Shown here: one piece after another, positions 46,933 through 55,882 of the stretch | How the letters are laid out: every line of letters starts with the position of its first letter | How positions within the stretch are numbered: position 1 is the first letter of the stretch | From: Escherichia phage phiWec187 | DNA: 64,000 nt | Direction: 5' to 3' (one strand) | Sequence record: LC739536.1 | The notes under the pieces: generated by a model | Told to the model about the DNA's origin: nothing | What the model saw: the letters and a program-made list of their open reading frames with translations, nothing else | Databases searched by the model: none | Program-made: the position numbers and the translations under genes

Positions 46933-47253
46933 TTAATCCTTAAGACGTTCATTTAAATCTGCAATAACATCACCTAAATCTTCACATTCCAGTGTTAACT
47001 CTGAAACTTGTCCACTCAAATAACAAACTTCTTCATTTAGATCTGAAATAATGTTTTCTAATGAATCTACTTGGTCATCATATGAACGTTTTGTTTCTTC
47101 AAGTTCTTCCGTAAGATCATTAATCAAACGGAGCAAAGATAAGATATAACCGTCTCCTGTCTCGTTCCTCCACTCACTTCCGTAGCGATAAATAATAATT
47201 TCACCATTATCAACTACTGTAAAATACTTACCTTCACCAGAATAAATTTCCAT
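46933..47253 (-). CDS. hypothetical coiled-coil protein
   Basis: track ORF; heptad-like acidic region. Confidence 0.45.
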   Translation of the reverse strand: MEIYSGEGKYFTVVDNGEIIIYRYGSEWRNETGDGYILSLLRLINDLTEELEETKRSYDDQVDSLENIISDLNEEVCYLSGQVSELTLECEDLGDVIADLNERLKD

Positions 47254-47262
47254 AAACTCTCC

Positions 47263-47667
47263 TTATTGTAGCTTAAGTGAACTGCGAAGACGTTCCTCTT
47301 GCTGATCACGAATATGTTGTGGAACCTCATGAATTGAATCGTTACCGTGCCTATTCTCCACAACTAAAGAAATAACTTGATAACCAAACTCTTCGGCAAG
47401 AGTTAAATAAGGTTTAAGTTCTTTTTCTGTAGTAGAGGTATTAGAAACAATAATCTTTTCAACACCATACTGCATATATTTTTGTACTTTGACACGACAC
47501 CATTGGTGTGCTTTATGGATATTCTCTTGTTTCCACTCATACACACCATCTTCAGTGTAGTGGTATTGATCTGCCTCACAAATAGGCCAATGATTTTCAG
47601 AGATAATTTCTGCTACTGTAGATTTACCTGCACCTGAAACACCACGTAAAATGATAAGTTGTTTCAT
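47263..47667 (-). CDS. polynucleotide 5-prime-kinase (T4 Pnk kinase-domain-like)
   Basis: LIILRGVSGAGKST P-loop and IIVSNTSTTEKELKPYLTLAEEFGYQV track T4 Pnk N-terminal domain; GGAGG RBS. Confidence 0.7.
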   Translation of the reverse strand: MKQLIILRGVSGAGKSTVAEIISENHWPICEADQYHYTEDGVYEWKQENIHKAHQWCRVKVQKYMQYGVEKIIVSNTSTTEKELKPYLTLAEEFGYQVISLVVENRHGNDSIHEVPQHIRDQQEERLRSSLKLQ

Positions 47668-48600
47668 TTAGCCTCCAAAGAAGTTTTCTATTTCTTTACG
47701 TCGCTCTTGTGGATCTAGAGCAGCCCATTGAACCTTCGTAAAGTTATTTCGAAGCCATTCTAGCAAAGTATAATATTCTTCGTCAACAATTTGTTTAGCA
47801 TTGTTTGGGTTGTCCCAAATCATATCCCACTTCTTATTGCCACCACGCATAAGGAACTTCTTAGCAAGATAGTATGGTGACTTAATCTTTAAGAGTAAGT
47901 TAAACGGATAGTTTGTTTCACGAACAACAAAGCCTTCGTGTCGACAATGTTTAGACATTTCAACAACATCTGAAAATTTAATCATCGGATAAACTTCAGG
48001 ACGTTTAAATTTTGTAATAGATGCAATCCCATCAAGAACACCTTCAGGTAACATGAAACTTGTTCCATCAAGATTTTGAATTCTTGCTCCAATTAAGTAT
48101 GCGCCTGGTTCTTCTTCGACAATATGTGGATCAGAAGGATCACAGATTTCAAAAAGAAAAGTTGCTTTTGCACTCTCTGTCCACTTAATGAAATACTCTA
48201 TGTCGTCACACTCGGAAACAATACGGTTCTTTGCCATAATTGCGAAATCTGATTCTAGGCTCCCTGTTGTTGATACAACAAGTTTCCCTTTGTACACACC
48301 TACAGATGCCATAAAACCGTTTACTTTACGGACAGCATCTACAATTTCGTCTGCTGGAAGATCTGTACCATTTTCAAAACGATTAAAGATTTTAGTAAAA
48401 GGCCAAATAACAACATTGTCTTCTGAGTCAACAACCAACCCACGACAATCTAAAAGTCGTTTGTCAACGTTCCACAAATTATCCCAGAATACATTGTTTT
48501 TGTATTTAAGCACAGCAAGACCAGCATACTCTCCAGATTTAACTTCTTTTTTATGCACTAAACCTTTTGCAATCAGGTCATCACAATTGAACTTAGCCAC
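47668..48600 (-). CDS. RNA ligase (T4 Rnl1 family)
   Basis: LLDCRGLVVD, motif I KVNG, FLFEICDP, EGFVVR, KIKSPYY align with T4 Rnl1 blocks (from memory); GTG start. Confidence 0.7.
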   Translation of the reverse strand: MAKFNCDDLIAKGLVHKKEVKSGEYAGLAVLKYKNNVFWDNLWNVDKRLLDCRGLVVDSEDNVVIWPFTKIFNRFENGTDLPADEIVDAVRKVNGFMASVGVYKGKLVVSTTGSLESDFAIMAKNRIVSECDDIEYFIKWTESAKATFLFEICDPSDPHIVEEEPGAYLIGARIQNLDGTSFMLPEGVLDGIASITKFKRPEVYPMIKFSDVVEMSKHCRHEGFVVRETNYPFNLLLKIKSPYYLAKKFLMRGGNKKWDMIWDNPNNAKQIVDEEYYTLLEWLRNNFTKVQWAALDPQERRKEIENFFGG

Positions 48601-48601
48601 C

Positions 48602-49153
48602 TTAATCTCCTTTGATTATCTTATGATGGTCTACAACAACAATATCACGCTTATCCATAATAGATATGATTTCGTCAAAATGCAAGATTTTCCCGTGTGC
48701 ATCCCAACCAACATCCAACATCTTCCCATACAAATGATCAGGGAATGATCCGTGAGAGTGTCCGTGTAGCATGATTGATCCATGCCCTTGTTTATTCCAT
48801 GCAGCCATAGGGTAATGGCTTAAGACGAAAAACAGCTTCTGATATTTCACTTCGTCATAATAAATCACTTCTCCATACTCTGCAAGCACTTTTCTGTGTT
48901 TACTGTAATCATGGTTCCCAACACAGTAAGTAATATCCCCTTGGAGACGGGAAGCAATCTTACGGGTATCTTCTTCAGTCCCGAAACAGAAGTCCCCAAG
49001 ATGGTACATCTTTACTCCTGGTGTTGTGGCACATTTATTCCATGCTTCGATCAGTGCTTCTGTCATATGCTCCATATCTTCCCACGGGCGATATTCAGGA
49101 GCAAACTCTCGGATACGTTTGTGCATAAAATGCAAATCACTTGTAATAAACAT
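48602..49153 (-). CDS. calcineurin-like metallophosphoesterase
   Basis: DLHF, GDF, GNHD, GHSHG motifs; first gene of three-gene operon with ligase and kinase. Confidence 0.65.
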   Translation of the reverse strand: MFITSDLHFMHKRIREFAPEYRPWEDMEHMTEALIEAWNKCATTPGVKMYHLGDFCFGTEEDTRKIASRLQGDITYCVGNHDYSKHRKVLAEYGEVIYYDEVKYQKLFFVLSHYPMAAWNKQGHGSIMLHGHSHGSFPDHLYGKMLDVGWDAHGKILHFDEIISIMDKRDIVVVDHHKIIKGD

Positions 49154-49515
49154 TAGTATAATCCCTCGCTGAATAGTTCACTGTTGTGACCATTTCTTTC
49201 GTAGTTAATTTGTTTGGCGTTATCTGCAATGATATAAGCATCTTTGCGACTCCACCAATTATAATACTGATCAATAAACCCTTGATTATCAGGTAAGCAA
49301 AACAGTTTATCAATCAATCCTGCATCTTTTAAAACATTAAGTTGTGCAGATAGTACAGGATTTGCATGCCTAACACAAGGAATAATTAACTCTTCACCAT
49401 TGTTGAGAATATACTTATTCGCAGCGCATACTATAACACGTTGAGCATAGTGATCCTCACCAATCCAAGTAAGAGGTTGGTAACAAATATCATGTTGATT
49501 AGTAGCGCACATCAA
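49153..49515 (-). CDS. hypothetical protein
   Basis: track ORF; stop overlaps phosphoesterase start. Confidence 0.5.
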   Translation of the reverse strand: MMCATNQHDICYQPLTWIGEDHYAQRVIVCAANKYILNNGEELIIPCVRHANPVLSAQLNVLKDAGLIDKLFCLPDNQGFIDQYYNWWSRKDAYIIADNAKQINYERNGHNSELFSEGLY

Positions 49516-49670
49516 TTTTCTCCGTACTCTTTTAATCTATCAGCGAAAAAACTGTAGTCAGGAAGTAAAAGATCATTACTCGTATTGCTCCAGTTTTCTT
49601 CCTCTTCATAGATAAAACGCCCTTCATCCTCTTCTTGCTCTGACCAAACTGAGTAATGCATAATACCTAC

Positions 49671-50045
49671 TTAATAGTTAACACGTTTAATTTCAACACC
49701 ATAGGATGAAATAAAATTTTCCTTAGCTAACATATATTTACCAGCAGCAGAAGGATTTGATGTATGAACATAGATAGTTTTAAGAGCATCCCATTCACCC
49801 GCGTACAACATACACTCTACATCTAAGAATGCATGATATCCTTCCTGATCTTCTCCAAGATCATTATCGAAGTGTATCTCTGAGATATCATTGAAATTAT
49901 CTTCATCTGAAATAAAAGATAACCAATCCTCAAAAGATTTTAACCAAATGGCATCCTCATAACCATAATCTTTAGGATCTCTTAAATCGTCTAACCAAAG
50001 AATTTTAGCCACTATTAACCCCCTTCCTGTTTCTCTTCTTTCCAA
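49671..50045 (-). CDS. hypothetical protein
   Basis: track ORF. Confidence 0.45.
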   Translation of the reverse strand: MERRETGRGLIVAKILWLDDLRDPKDYGYEDAIWLKSFEDWLSFISDEDNFNDISEIHFDNDLGEDQEGYHAFLDVECMLYAGEWDALKTIYVHTSNPSAAGKYMLAKENFISSYGVEIKRVNY

Positions 50046-50206
50046 GTTTTACCATTATCTACCAACTTCTTAGAAACAGCAAATCTTTCTCCATTGATAT
50101 AAAACAAATAAAGAATAAAGGATTTTCCTATAGTTACAGTATCTACTACTTCTACACGCTTCACACCTTGCATGTATTTGGCTTTACCTGAATAAATAAG
50201 GAACAT
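50015..50206 (-). CDS. hypothetical protein
   Basis: track ORF. Confidence 0.4.
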   Translation of the reverse strand: MFLIYSGKAKYMQGVKRVEVVDTVTIGKSFILYLFYINGERFAVSKKLVDNGKTWKEEKQEGG

Positions 50207-50484
50207 TACTTATTCCTTTTGTTGTTGATCACATCTAAAGCTGTGTAAGGCTTGTTTGTACCGCTGTATTCCAGAATAATTGGTACATATTCATAGACCA
50301 ACTCAAAAGTACCATACATAGAATCTGCAACTGAAATAAGCATTTCAGTGCTTTTGTCGTTCTTAATTAATGAAAATCTTGCCCCTGGTTTATTGAGCAC
50401 TTCATATTTCTTACCTGCTGTCAGCAAACCTGAATACCATTCATTTTGCACAACAGACAAACACTTCAGATAAGTTTTTCTCAT
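50206..50484 (-). CDS. hypothetical protein
   Basis: track ORF. Confidence 0.45.
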   Translation of the reverse strand: MRKTYLKCLSVVQNEWYSGLLTAGKKYEVLNKPGARFSLIKNDKSTEMLISVADSMYGTFELVYEYVPIILEYSGTNKPYTALDVINNKRNK

Positions 50485-50822
50485 TTCTTTTTGCTCCTTC
50501 TTTTAGGTTTCTCGTATAAACCTAACACAGCCGACTCTTTTGCGCAAATAGGAACTGACTTCATTCCTCGTTTTTTAGCTTCTGGTAGATTCAAAACCCA
50601 CCAGCCAAACCAGTACAATTCATCTTCTGTGAAAGGATCTGCCATAGGATCTGCATCACGTGCTTCAAATTTAGCAAGAGCTTCTTCTATCTTTTCTATA
50701 GGAGTATCAAAGACAAAAGCCTCTGTGTCAAATTTTTGTTTCTTAGGAGCGGCTTTTGCCGCCCCATCTTTAGATGCGCGCTTTGTTACGGATCGCTTCT
50801 TCGGTGTTTTCGCCATCAACAA
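50481..50822 (-). CDS. hypothetical basic protein
   Basis: track ORF; Lys-rich N-terminus. Confidence 0.45.
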   Translation of the reverse strand: MLMAKTPKKRSVTKRASKDGAAKAAPKKQKFDTEAFVFDTPIEKIEEALAKFEARDADPMADPFTEDELYWFGWWVLNLPEAKKRGMKSVPICAKESAVLGLYEKPKRRSKKK

Positions 50823-51009
50823 CCTCCATGCGGTGTAAGAAATCTTGCTGGAATCGCCAATACTGTTGACCAGTCCTTACATCTTCGTAGATCACAACAG
50901 GATCAAATACTTTAGATACACCCGCTGGTTTAGGAAAGCCAACTACACGATATAAACCGCCTTTGCTAATACAAGAATATGTTACATCAGTTAAAATTTC
51001 TTTTTTCAT
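50770..51009 (-). CDS. hypothetical protein
   Basis: track ORF. Confidence 0.4.
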   Translation of the reverse strand: MKKEILTDVTYSCISKGGLYRVVGFPKPAGVSKVFDPVVIYEDVRTGQQYWRFQQDFLHRMEVVDGENTEEAIRNKARI

Positions 51010-51203
51010 TTCTTAATAAACTCCAATACAGGTACGTGATCAGCAGTTAAAGTTACACAATTGTAACTTACCTTTTCAACTTCAGAGAATGCTTCAACCC
51101 ATAGCAAGAAATTCTCTTTAGCTTCTTCATAATTCAATGTTGACTTAACAACATGGAACTCACCAAGGATGACTCTATAGATTGTTTGCATAGTTTGATT
51201 CAT
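51006..51203 (-). CDS. hypothetical protein
   Basis: track ORF. Confidence 0.4.
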   Translation of the reverse strand: MNQTMQTIYRVILGEFHVVKSTLNYEEAKENFLLWVEAFSEVEKVSYNCVTLTADHVPVLEFIKK

Positions 51204-51269
51204 TTATTTTTCCTTTGTTTAAAATGTGTTAAACAATCGCAAATGCTTGTGACGCACTTTGTGATCCCA

Positions 51270-51638
51270 CTAATTAATGTCAGCACTATGATTGTTGAGA
51301 GTATAGGATACTCCATCGCCCAAGTCAACATGAATCTCAACTCCTAACTGTCTTTCTAATGGTAAACGTTTTGAGAATTGATAATTACAAAGTTTACAGT
51401 CTAAGTCAAGCAATTCATGTTTGCTTAAACCTAGGATGATAACTTTGCTTCCCACTGTCCACTCAATACCTTCAAAGTTATCTCTTCTTTTCAAAATGTC
51501 AAGTAAGAAGATGATTTGTTGCCATTCCGTAGACAAGTCTTCTTCATAGAACGCAGAACAAAAAGTTTTATCATCGTAGAAAGCATACATTATGCCTCCA
51601 TCTATTGTTTCACTTCTAACGTAACGTGTGACCCTCAT
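51270..51638 (-). CDS. hypothetical protein
   Basis: track ORF; first gene of minus-strand block; AGGAGG RBS. Confidence 0.5.
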   Translation of the reverse strand: MRVTRYVRSETIDGGIMYAFYDDKTFCSAFYEEDLSTEWQQIIFLLDILKRRDNFEGIEWTVGSKVIILGLSKHELLDLDCKLCNYQFSKRLPLERQLGVEIHVDLGDGVSYTLNNHSADIN

Positions 51639-51979
51639 TATTTCCTCCTGTACGGCTCTGTAACGAGCTAATAGCCTCTAAGATATGCAATCACCTTACC
51701 TCACAGTAAAACTCGTTACAATCGTTTTTAGGAGGTTTAGGTTGTACTTAAAAATAATCTAAAAAGGTGTTGACAAACGCAAAAAAGTATGCTACCCTAA
51801 CCCCCGAAAAACGCCGAGCGCAGCGAGGGGGTGTTATCTAATCTTGTGATACATGATCTAACAGACAACTGAGTAGTCTACATATAGCACTATGTTATGT
51901 CTATAATACTAACATACATACTCTATACTAACAATAGATTCTTTATTAATTTTATTATTAATTAAATAATAAATATCTA

Positions 51980-52008
51980 TTGACTTTAGATCTATCTGTA
52001 TGTAGAGT
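51980..52008 (+). promoter_or_regulatory. sigma70-like promoter
   Basis: -35 TTGACT 51980-51985, 17 bp spacer, -10 TAGAGT 52003-52008. Confidence 0.5.
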
Positions 52009-52047
52009 AGAGAACATAAAGTCCTAACTCAACTAAGGAGATAAACA

Positions 52048-52941
52048 ATGAAAGTTAGTATTCTACATGGTGTTGACTGTTATGTTACTGATGTAGACGT
52101 TAAAGTCTTTACATTCTCTGGTGGAGAACAACATGTTCAACTAGATACGAATCTATCAGGTTTCAATCATGCTACAGACAGAATCTTACTCTCTTTAGAA
52201 GTAAGATCTGCTAAAGACTTGATGACTTTGGTTATGACTAAGAATGCATTGGACAATATGCTATATCATAAACCATATTGTGTTGATTTACTCATGCTGT
52301 ATGTACCGTATGCACGACAAGACAGAGTGTGTGAGCCTGGGGAAGCATTCGGAGTTAAAGCCTTTGCTTCTATAATTAATTCATTAAATTTCTCACGTGT
52401 TATCGTTGCTGATCCACATAGTGATGTTACTCCAGCAGTGTTTGACAGACTCTGTGTAATACCTCAAGAAGAGATTGCTTACGAAACTTTAAAGTGGAAG
52501 TTACGTATGGAGAATTTTGCTCTTGTTAGTCCTGATGGTGGTGCTCTTAAGAAAATATTTAAATTATCTAAGAAAATGTCTTTAGATGTGTTCTGTGCAG
52601 AGAAGGTTAGAGATACTGCAACAGGTGCTATTGTTCGTACAGACATTTCTGTACAGGATTTCAATAAGCGTAACCTGATGATCGTAGATGATATCTGTGA
52701 CGGCGGTAGAACTTTTATTGAATTGGCTAAAGTGCTACGTGCTCGTAACGCAGGTAAGATTGAGTTATATGTTACACACGGTATCTTTTCTAAAGGTCTT
52801 AAAGAGTTAAGTGAGCACTTTGACTGCATTCATTCTCTTAATGTGTGGGAAGATAACATCCAAGAAGATTCCGGTGTTCTTGTTAAGAATCAGTCAGATT
52901 TGCAACAACAAATTGTATCTCCATACGTGTGGAATTTTTAA
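52048..52941 (+). CDS. Prs-like phosphoribosyl pyrophosphokinase
   Basis: hallmark PYARQDR loop and VDDICDGGRT (PRPP-binding-like); AAGGAG RBS. Confidence 0.75.
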   Translation: MKVSILHGVDCYVTDVDVKVFTFSGGEQHVQLDTNLSGFNHATDRILLSLEVRSAKDLMTLVMTKNALDNMLYHKPYCVDLLMLYVPYARQDRVCEPGEAFGVKAFASIINSLNFSRVIVADPHSDVTPAVFDRLCVIPQEEIAYETLKWKLRMENFALVSPDGGALKKIFKLSKKMSLDVFCAEKVRDTATGAIVRTDISVQDFNKRNLMIVDDICDGGRTFIELAKVLRARNAGKIELYVTHGIFSKGLKELSEHFDCIHSLNVWEDNIQEDSGVLVKNQSDLQQQIVSPYVWNF

Positions 52942-52951
52942 ATAATAAGTG

Positions 52952-52986
52952 TTGACAATAGGGAGTATGCTTAGTAAGATACTCCC
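52952..52986 (+). promoter_or_regulatory. sigma70-like promoter with overlapping inverted repeat
   Basis: -35 TTGACA 52952-52957, 17 bp spacer, -10 TAAGAT 52975-52980; arms GGGAGTAT (52961-68) and ATACTCCC (52979-86). Confidence 0.5.
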
Positions 52987-53012
52987 ACACTAACAAACAA
53001 GGAGACATAACT

Positions 53013-54746
53013 ATGAATATTTTTGCACCTTTTGCTACTGATTGGTATAAACCTGGTCACAAGCAGATGTACAACCAAAATACAAAACTCATTTTCTCTA
53101 ATTTAACTCCTCGTAATGATAAAAACTTTGCACACTATGCAGATCGTGAAGCACGTGGTGTAATTGTTTTAGGTATTCGTCGAGCAGTTACTGATGCTCT
53201 TGTAACTATGTGGGATGGCTTCTTTAAAATGTCTCGTAGTGCAGCAGTAAATAAATTTTATCGTATGTCTAAGAATGCATTAGGTGCTTCTGCTCCTTCT
53301 GCTGAATGTTGGGGAGAATTGCACGATTTAGGTTATCTTCCGCTAGAAGTTCGATCTCTGCCAGAAGGTGTTTTGTGTCCTATTGGTGTTCCTGTGTTTA
53401 CTGTGCATAACACTTTAGAAAAATTCTTTTGGTTAACTAACTATGTGGAAACACTCTTGTCAGATGAAACTTGGAAGACAATGACTAATGCCACAGCAGC
53501 TTTTCAGTATAAGCGTATCGCTATGGCGTATGCGATGGCAACGTGTGATAACATTGATCACGTTAATTTCCAGTGTCATGACTTTAGCCTACGTGGTTTA
53601 AGCAATATCGAAGATGGTTATAAGAGTGGTATCGCTCATTTGGCATCTTTCACAGGTACAGATAATATTCTGGCTATTGAAACTGTGCATGATTACTATG
53701 GTATTGATTATGATCAGTTTGTTGCAGGTTCTATTCCGGCAACAGAACATTCAGTAGCAACGACTAACATTGGAGCTATTGTTGAAGATCTGAAGAAACA
53801 TTTCCCACATCTTAAAGATGATGTTGATGGGCTTCGTTATGTAGCAGAGAAAGAGTTTCTTCGCCGCTATATTGAAGAAATTGTTCCAGAAGGTTTTTGT
53901 TCATATGTAGCAGATTCTTATGATTACTGGGCTGTCTTGACTCGCATTCTGGTAGAATTGAAAGAGTCCATTATGTCACGAAATGGTCGTCTTGTTATTC
54001 GTCCAGACTCAGGAGATCCGGTTAAAGTTGTTGCAGGATACAATGTTGAATCTTTTGATAACTATGAAGACCTTTTAAATAATGGTATTGCTACAGCCAC
54101 TGAAGTAGTACATTTGGCTGATGTTAATAAGTATTACAATGTTCTTCAGGATTGCAGTGTTGCTGATTGTATTGATGAAACTTATGAGATTCCTTATTGT
54201 GAAGCAGTAGGTTCTATTCAAATCCTTTGGGAAGTGTTTGGTGGTACTATCAACCGAAAAGGCTACAAGGTTCTTGATCAGCACATCGGTATGATTTATG
54301 GTGATTCTATTACTGTTGAACGAGAACACGAGATCTTACGCCGACTGAAGAAGAAAGGTTTTGCAGCTTCCAATATTGTATTTGGTGTTGGTAGTTATAC
54401 TTATCAGTTCAATACACGAGATACTTTTGGTTTTGCTGTTAAAGCAACAGGTAGTATCATCGGTGAACACGAAATTTTGGTAAGTAAGGAGCCTAAAACT
54501 GATCCTGGTAAACGCTCTGCAAAAGGTTTTATTAAGGTTGTTAAGGATACAAATGGTAAACTTTCTCTTGTGGATAATCTTTCTTTTAAAGATATCCAAG
54601 ATGAAGACAATGAGTTAAAAGTTATCTTCAGGGATGGTACGGTTATTACACCACAAGTAGAAGGACGTGATGAAACATTTACTGATATCCGTAACCGTGT
54701 TGATGTAGAGGTTCTTCGTACTATGGGAACCATCCAGGTTGACTAA
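53013..54746 (+). CDS. nadV: nicotinamide phosphoribosyltransferase-like (Nampt/NadV family)
   Basis: ATDWYK, LPEG, VFTVHNT...WLTNYVETLL, HDFSLRG, FTGTDN, SIPATEHS, IRPDSGDP, KEPKTDPGKRSAKG parallel Nampt blocks. Confidence 0.8.
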   Translation: MNIFAPFATDWYKPGHKQMYNQNTKLIFSNLTPRNDKNFAHYADREARGVIVLGIRRAVTDALVTMWDGFFKMSRSAAVNKFYRMSKNALGASAPSAECWGELHDLGYLPLEVRSLPEGVLCPIGVPVFTVHNTLEKFFWLTNYVETLLSDETWKTMTNATAAFQYKRIAMAYAMATCDNIDHVNFQCHDFSLRGLSNIEDGYKSGIAHLASFTGTDNILAIETVHDYYGIDYDQFVAGSIPATEHSVATTNIGAIVEDLKKHFPHLKDDVDGLRYVAEKEFLRRYIEEIVPEGFCSYVADSYDYWAVLTRILVELKESIMSRNGRLVIRPDSGDPVKVVAGYNVESFDNYEDLLNNGIATATEVVHLADVNKYYNVLQDCSVADCIDETYEIPYCEAVGSIQILWEVFGGTINRKGYKVLDQHIGMIYGDSITVEREHEILRRLKKKGFAASNIVFGVGSYTYQFNTRDTFGFAVKATGSIIGEHEILVSKEPKTDPGKRSAKGFIKVVKDTNGKLSLVDNLSFKDIQDEDNELKVIFRDGTVITPQVEGRDETFTDIRNRVDVEVLRTMGTIQVD

Positions 54747-54817
54747 ATAAAAACTTCGTGATAAGATTAAGGTAAGGAGAGCCTGCAACTGCCCTGGATG
54801 GGCTTCACGAAGGATTT

Positions 54818-55039
54818 ATGAAACAACATAATTTTTATTTTCGTTGCCGAGCCTGTAACAGACACTTGACTAATCACTCCCGTAGAGACAGGAATGGTAA
54901 TATTCAAGAGTCGGATCTATGCTCGATTTGTACAAGTTTGGCATTCGACGACAGTCCCGAAAGGGTTTATCAACATCAAAGTGTAACTGATCTTCTTCTA
55001 AATTACACAGCACCAGAGGAGGAATTAGATTTCACATAA
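54818..55039 (+). CDS. zinc-finger protein
   Basis: CRAC...CSIC paired CxxC; AAGGA RBS. Confidence 0.5.
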   Translation: MKQHNFYFRCRACNRHLTNHSRRDRNGNIQESDLCSICTSLAFDDSPERVYQHQSVTDLLLNYTAPEEELDFT

Positions 55040-55052
55040 TTAAGGAAACAGT

Positions 55053-55166
55053 ATGTCTACAGAAATTATTTTTGGCTTATCTGTTTTTATTGCTATTGTA
55101 TCTTTTGTATGCGGTTATACACTATTTTTATTGCTGTTGTATCTTTGGTATGCTGCTCTACACTAG
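55053..55166 (+). CDS. small membrane peptide (37 aa)
   Basis: ATG 55053 with AAGGAAA RBS; hydrophobic. Confidence 0.35.
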   Translation: MSTEIIFGLSVFIAIVSFVCGYTLFLLLLYLWYAALH

Positions 55167-55200
55167 GTTACAGATCAAGAAAAAATATTGTAAAAACTAG

Positions 55201-55230
55201 TTGACAACATAGCTAGTTATTTGCTAAGAT
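55201..55230 (+). promoter_or_regulatory. sigma70-like promoter
   Basis: -35 TTGACA 55201-55206, 18 bp spacer, -10 TAAGAT 55225-55230. Confidence 0.45.
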
Positions 55231-55260
55231 AAGCCCAAGTTAAACAAAAAGGAGAAAACT

Positions 55261-55527
55261 ATGACAGAACGTACTTATGGTAAAGAATTGATTGAGAAGC
55301 ACGTATTGATTGATAATAAAGGTGGAGCAATCTTTATTTTTGAACCTGAATCAGTTCTTACTGAAAACGAAAATGGTAGCGTTAGCCTTAAAACAGAAAG
55401 TTTGGTAATTGACTTCCTTGCTCTTCTGGATGAAATGGGGCTTCCTCACGAAGAAGAAGCAGCTATTGCTTTGATTGCAGTTCTTCTGGAGAAACGCGAA
55501 GCTGGTGAAATGACCCAGTATGCTTAA
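55261..55527 (+). CDS. hypothetical acidic protein
   Basis: track ORF; AAGGAGAAAA RBS. Confidence 0.55.
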   Translation: MTERTYGKELIEKHVLIDNKGGAIFIFEPESVLTENENGSVSLKTESLVIDFLALLDEMGLPHEEEAAIALIAVLLEKREAGEMTQYA

Positions 55528-55534
55528 TATTCAA

Positions 55535-55610
55535 GGTTCCATAGCTCACTGACGAGAGCGCACACCTCATAAGTGTCGAGGGCAGGGATTGTAACCCTGG
55601 GGAACCACCA
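55535..55610 (+). tRNA. tRNA-Met/Ile2 (anticodon CAT)
   Basis: acceptor GGTTCC/GGAACC, anticodon loop CTCATAA, encoded CCA; T-loop ATTGTAA atypical. Confidence 0.65.
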
Positions 55611-55641
55611 TTTAAAAGGAGGTGCTATGCATCTCCTATAT

Positions 55642-55728
55642 GCAAGTGTGGTGGAATTGGTGATACACATTGTGCTTAAAACGCAACGCTTAAATGCTTG
55701 AGGGTTCGAATCCCTCCACTTGCACCAA
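55642..55728 (+). tRNA. tRNA-Leu (anticodon TAA)
   Basis: acceptor GCAAGTG/CACTTGC, loop CTTAAAA, long variable arm, T-loop TTCGAAT, CCA. Confidence 0.8.
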
Positions 55729-55742
55729 AACCTAAAAATATC

Positions 55743-55771
55743 TTGACATTTACTTAGTTTTTTGTTATAGT
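55743..55771 (+). promoter_or_regulatory. sigma70-like promoter inside tRNA array
   Basis: -35 TTGACA 55743-55748, 17 bp spacer, -10 TATAGT 55766-55771. Confidence 0.55.
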
Positions 55772-55782
55772 TACTATGAAAA

Positions 55783-55864
55783 CGGGGTGTATCTCACCTG
55801 ACTTCTAATCAGGCGTTAACCGAGTAATTGGAGTATGCAGGTTCGAATCCTGTCACCCCGGCCA
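55783..55864 (+). tRNA. atypical tRNA-like gene (possible Arg, TCT)
   Basis: perfect acceptor CGGGGTG/CACCCCG, T-arm GCAGG-TTCGAAT-CCTGT, CCA; CCTGA-CTTCTAA-TCAGG arm too close to 5-prime end for a canonical cloverleaf. Confidence 0.4.
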
Positions 55865-55882
55865 AAAAGTTTTAAAAACTAC

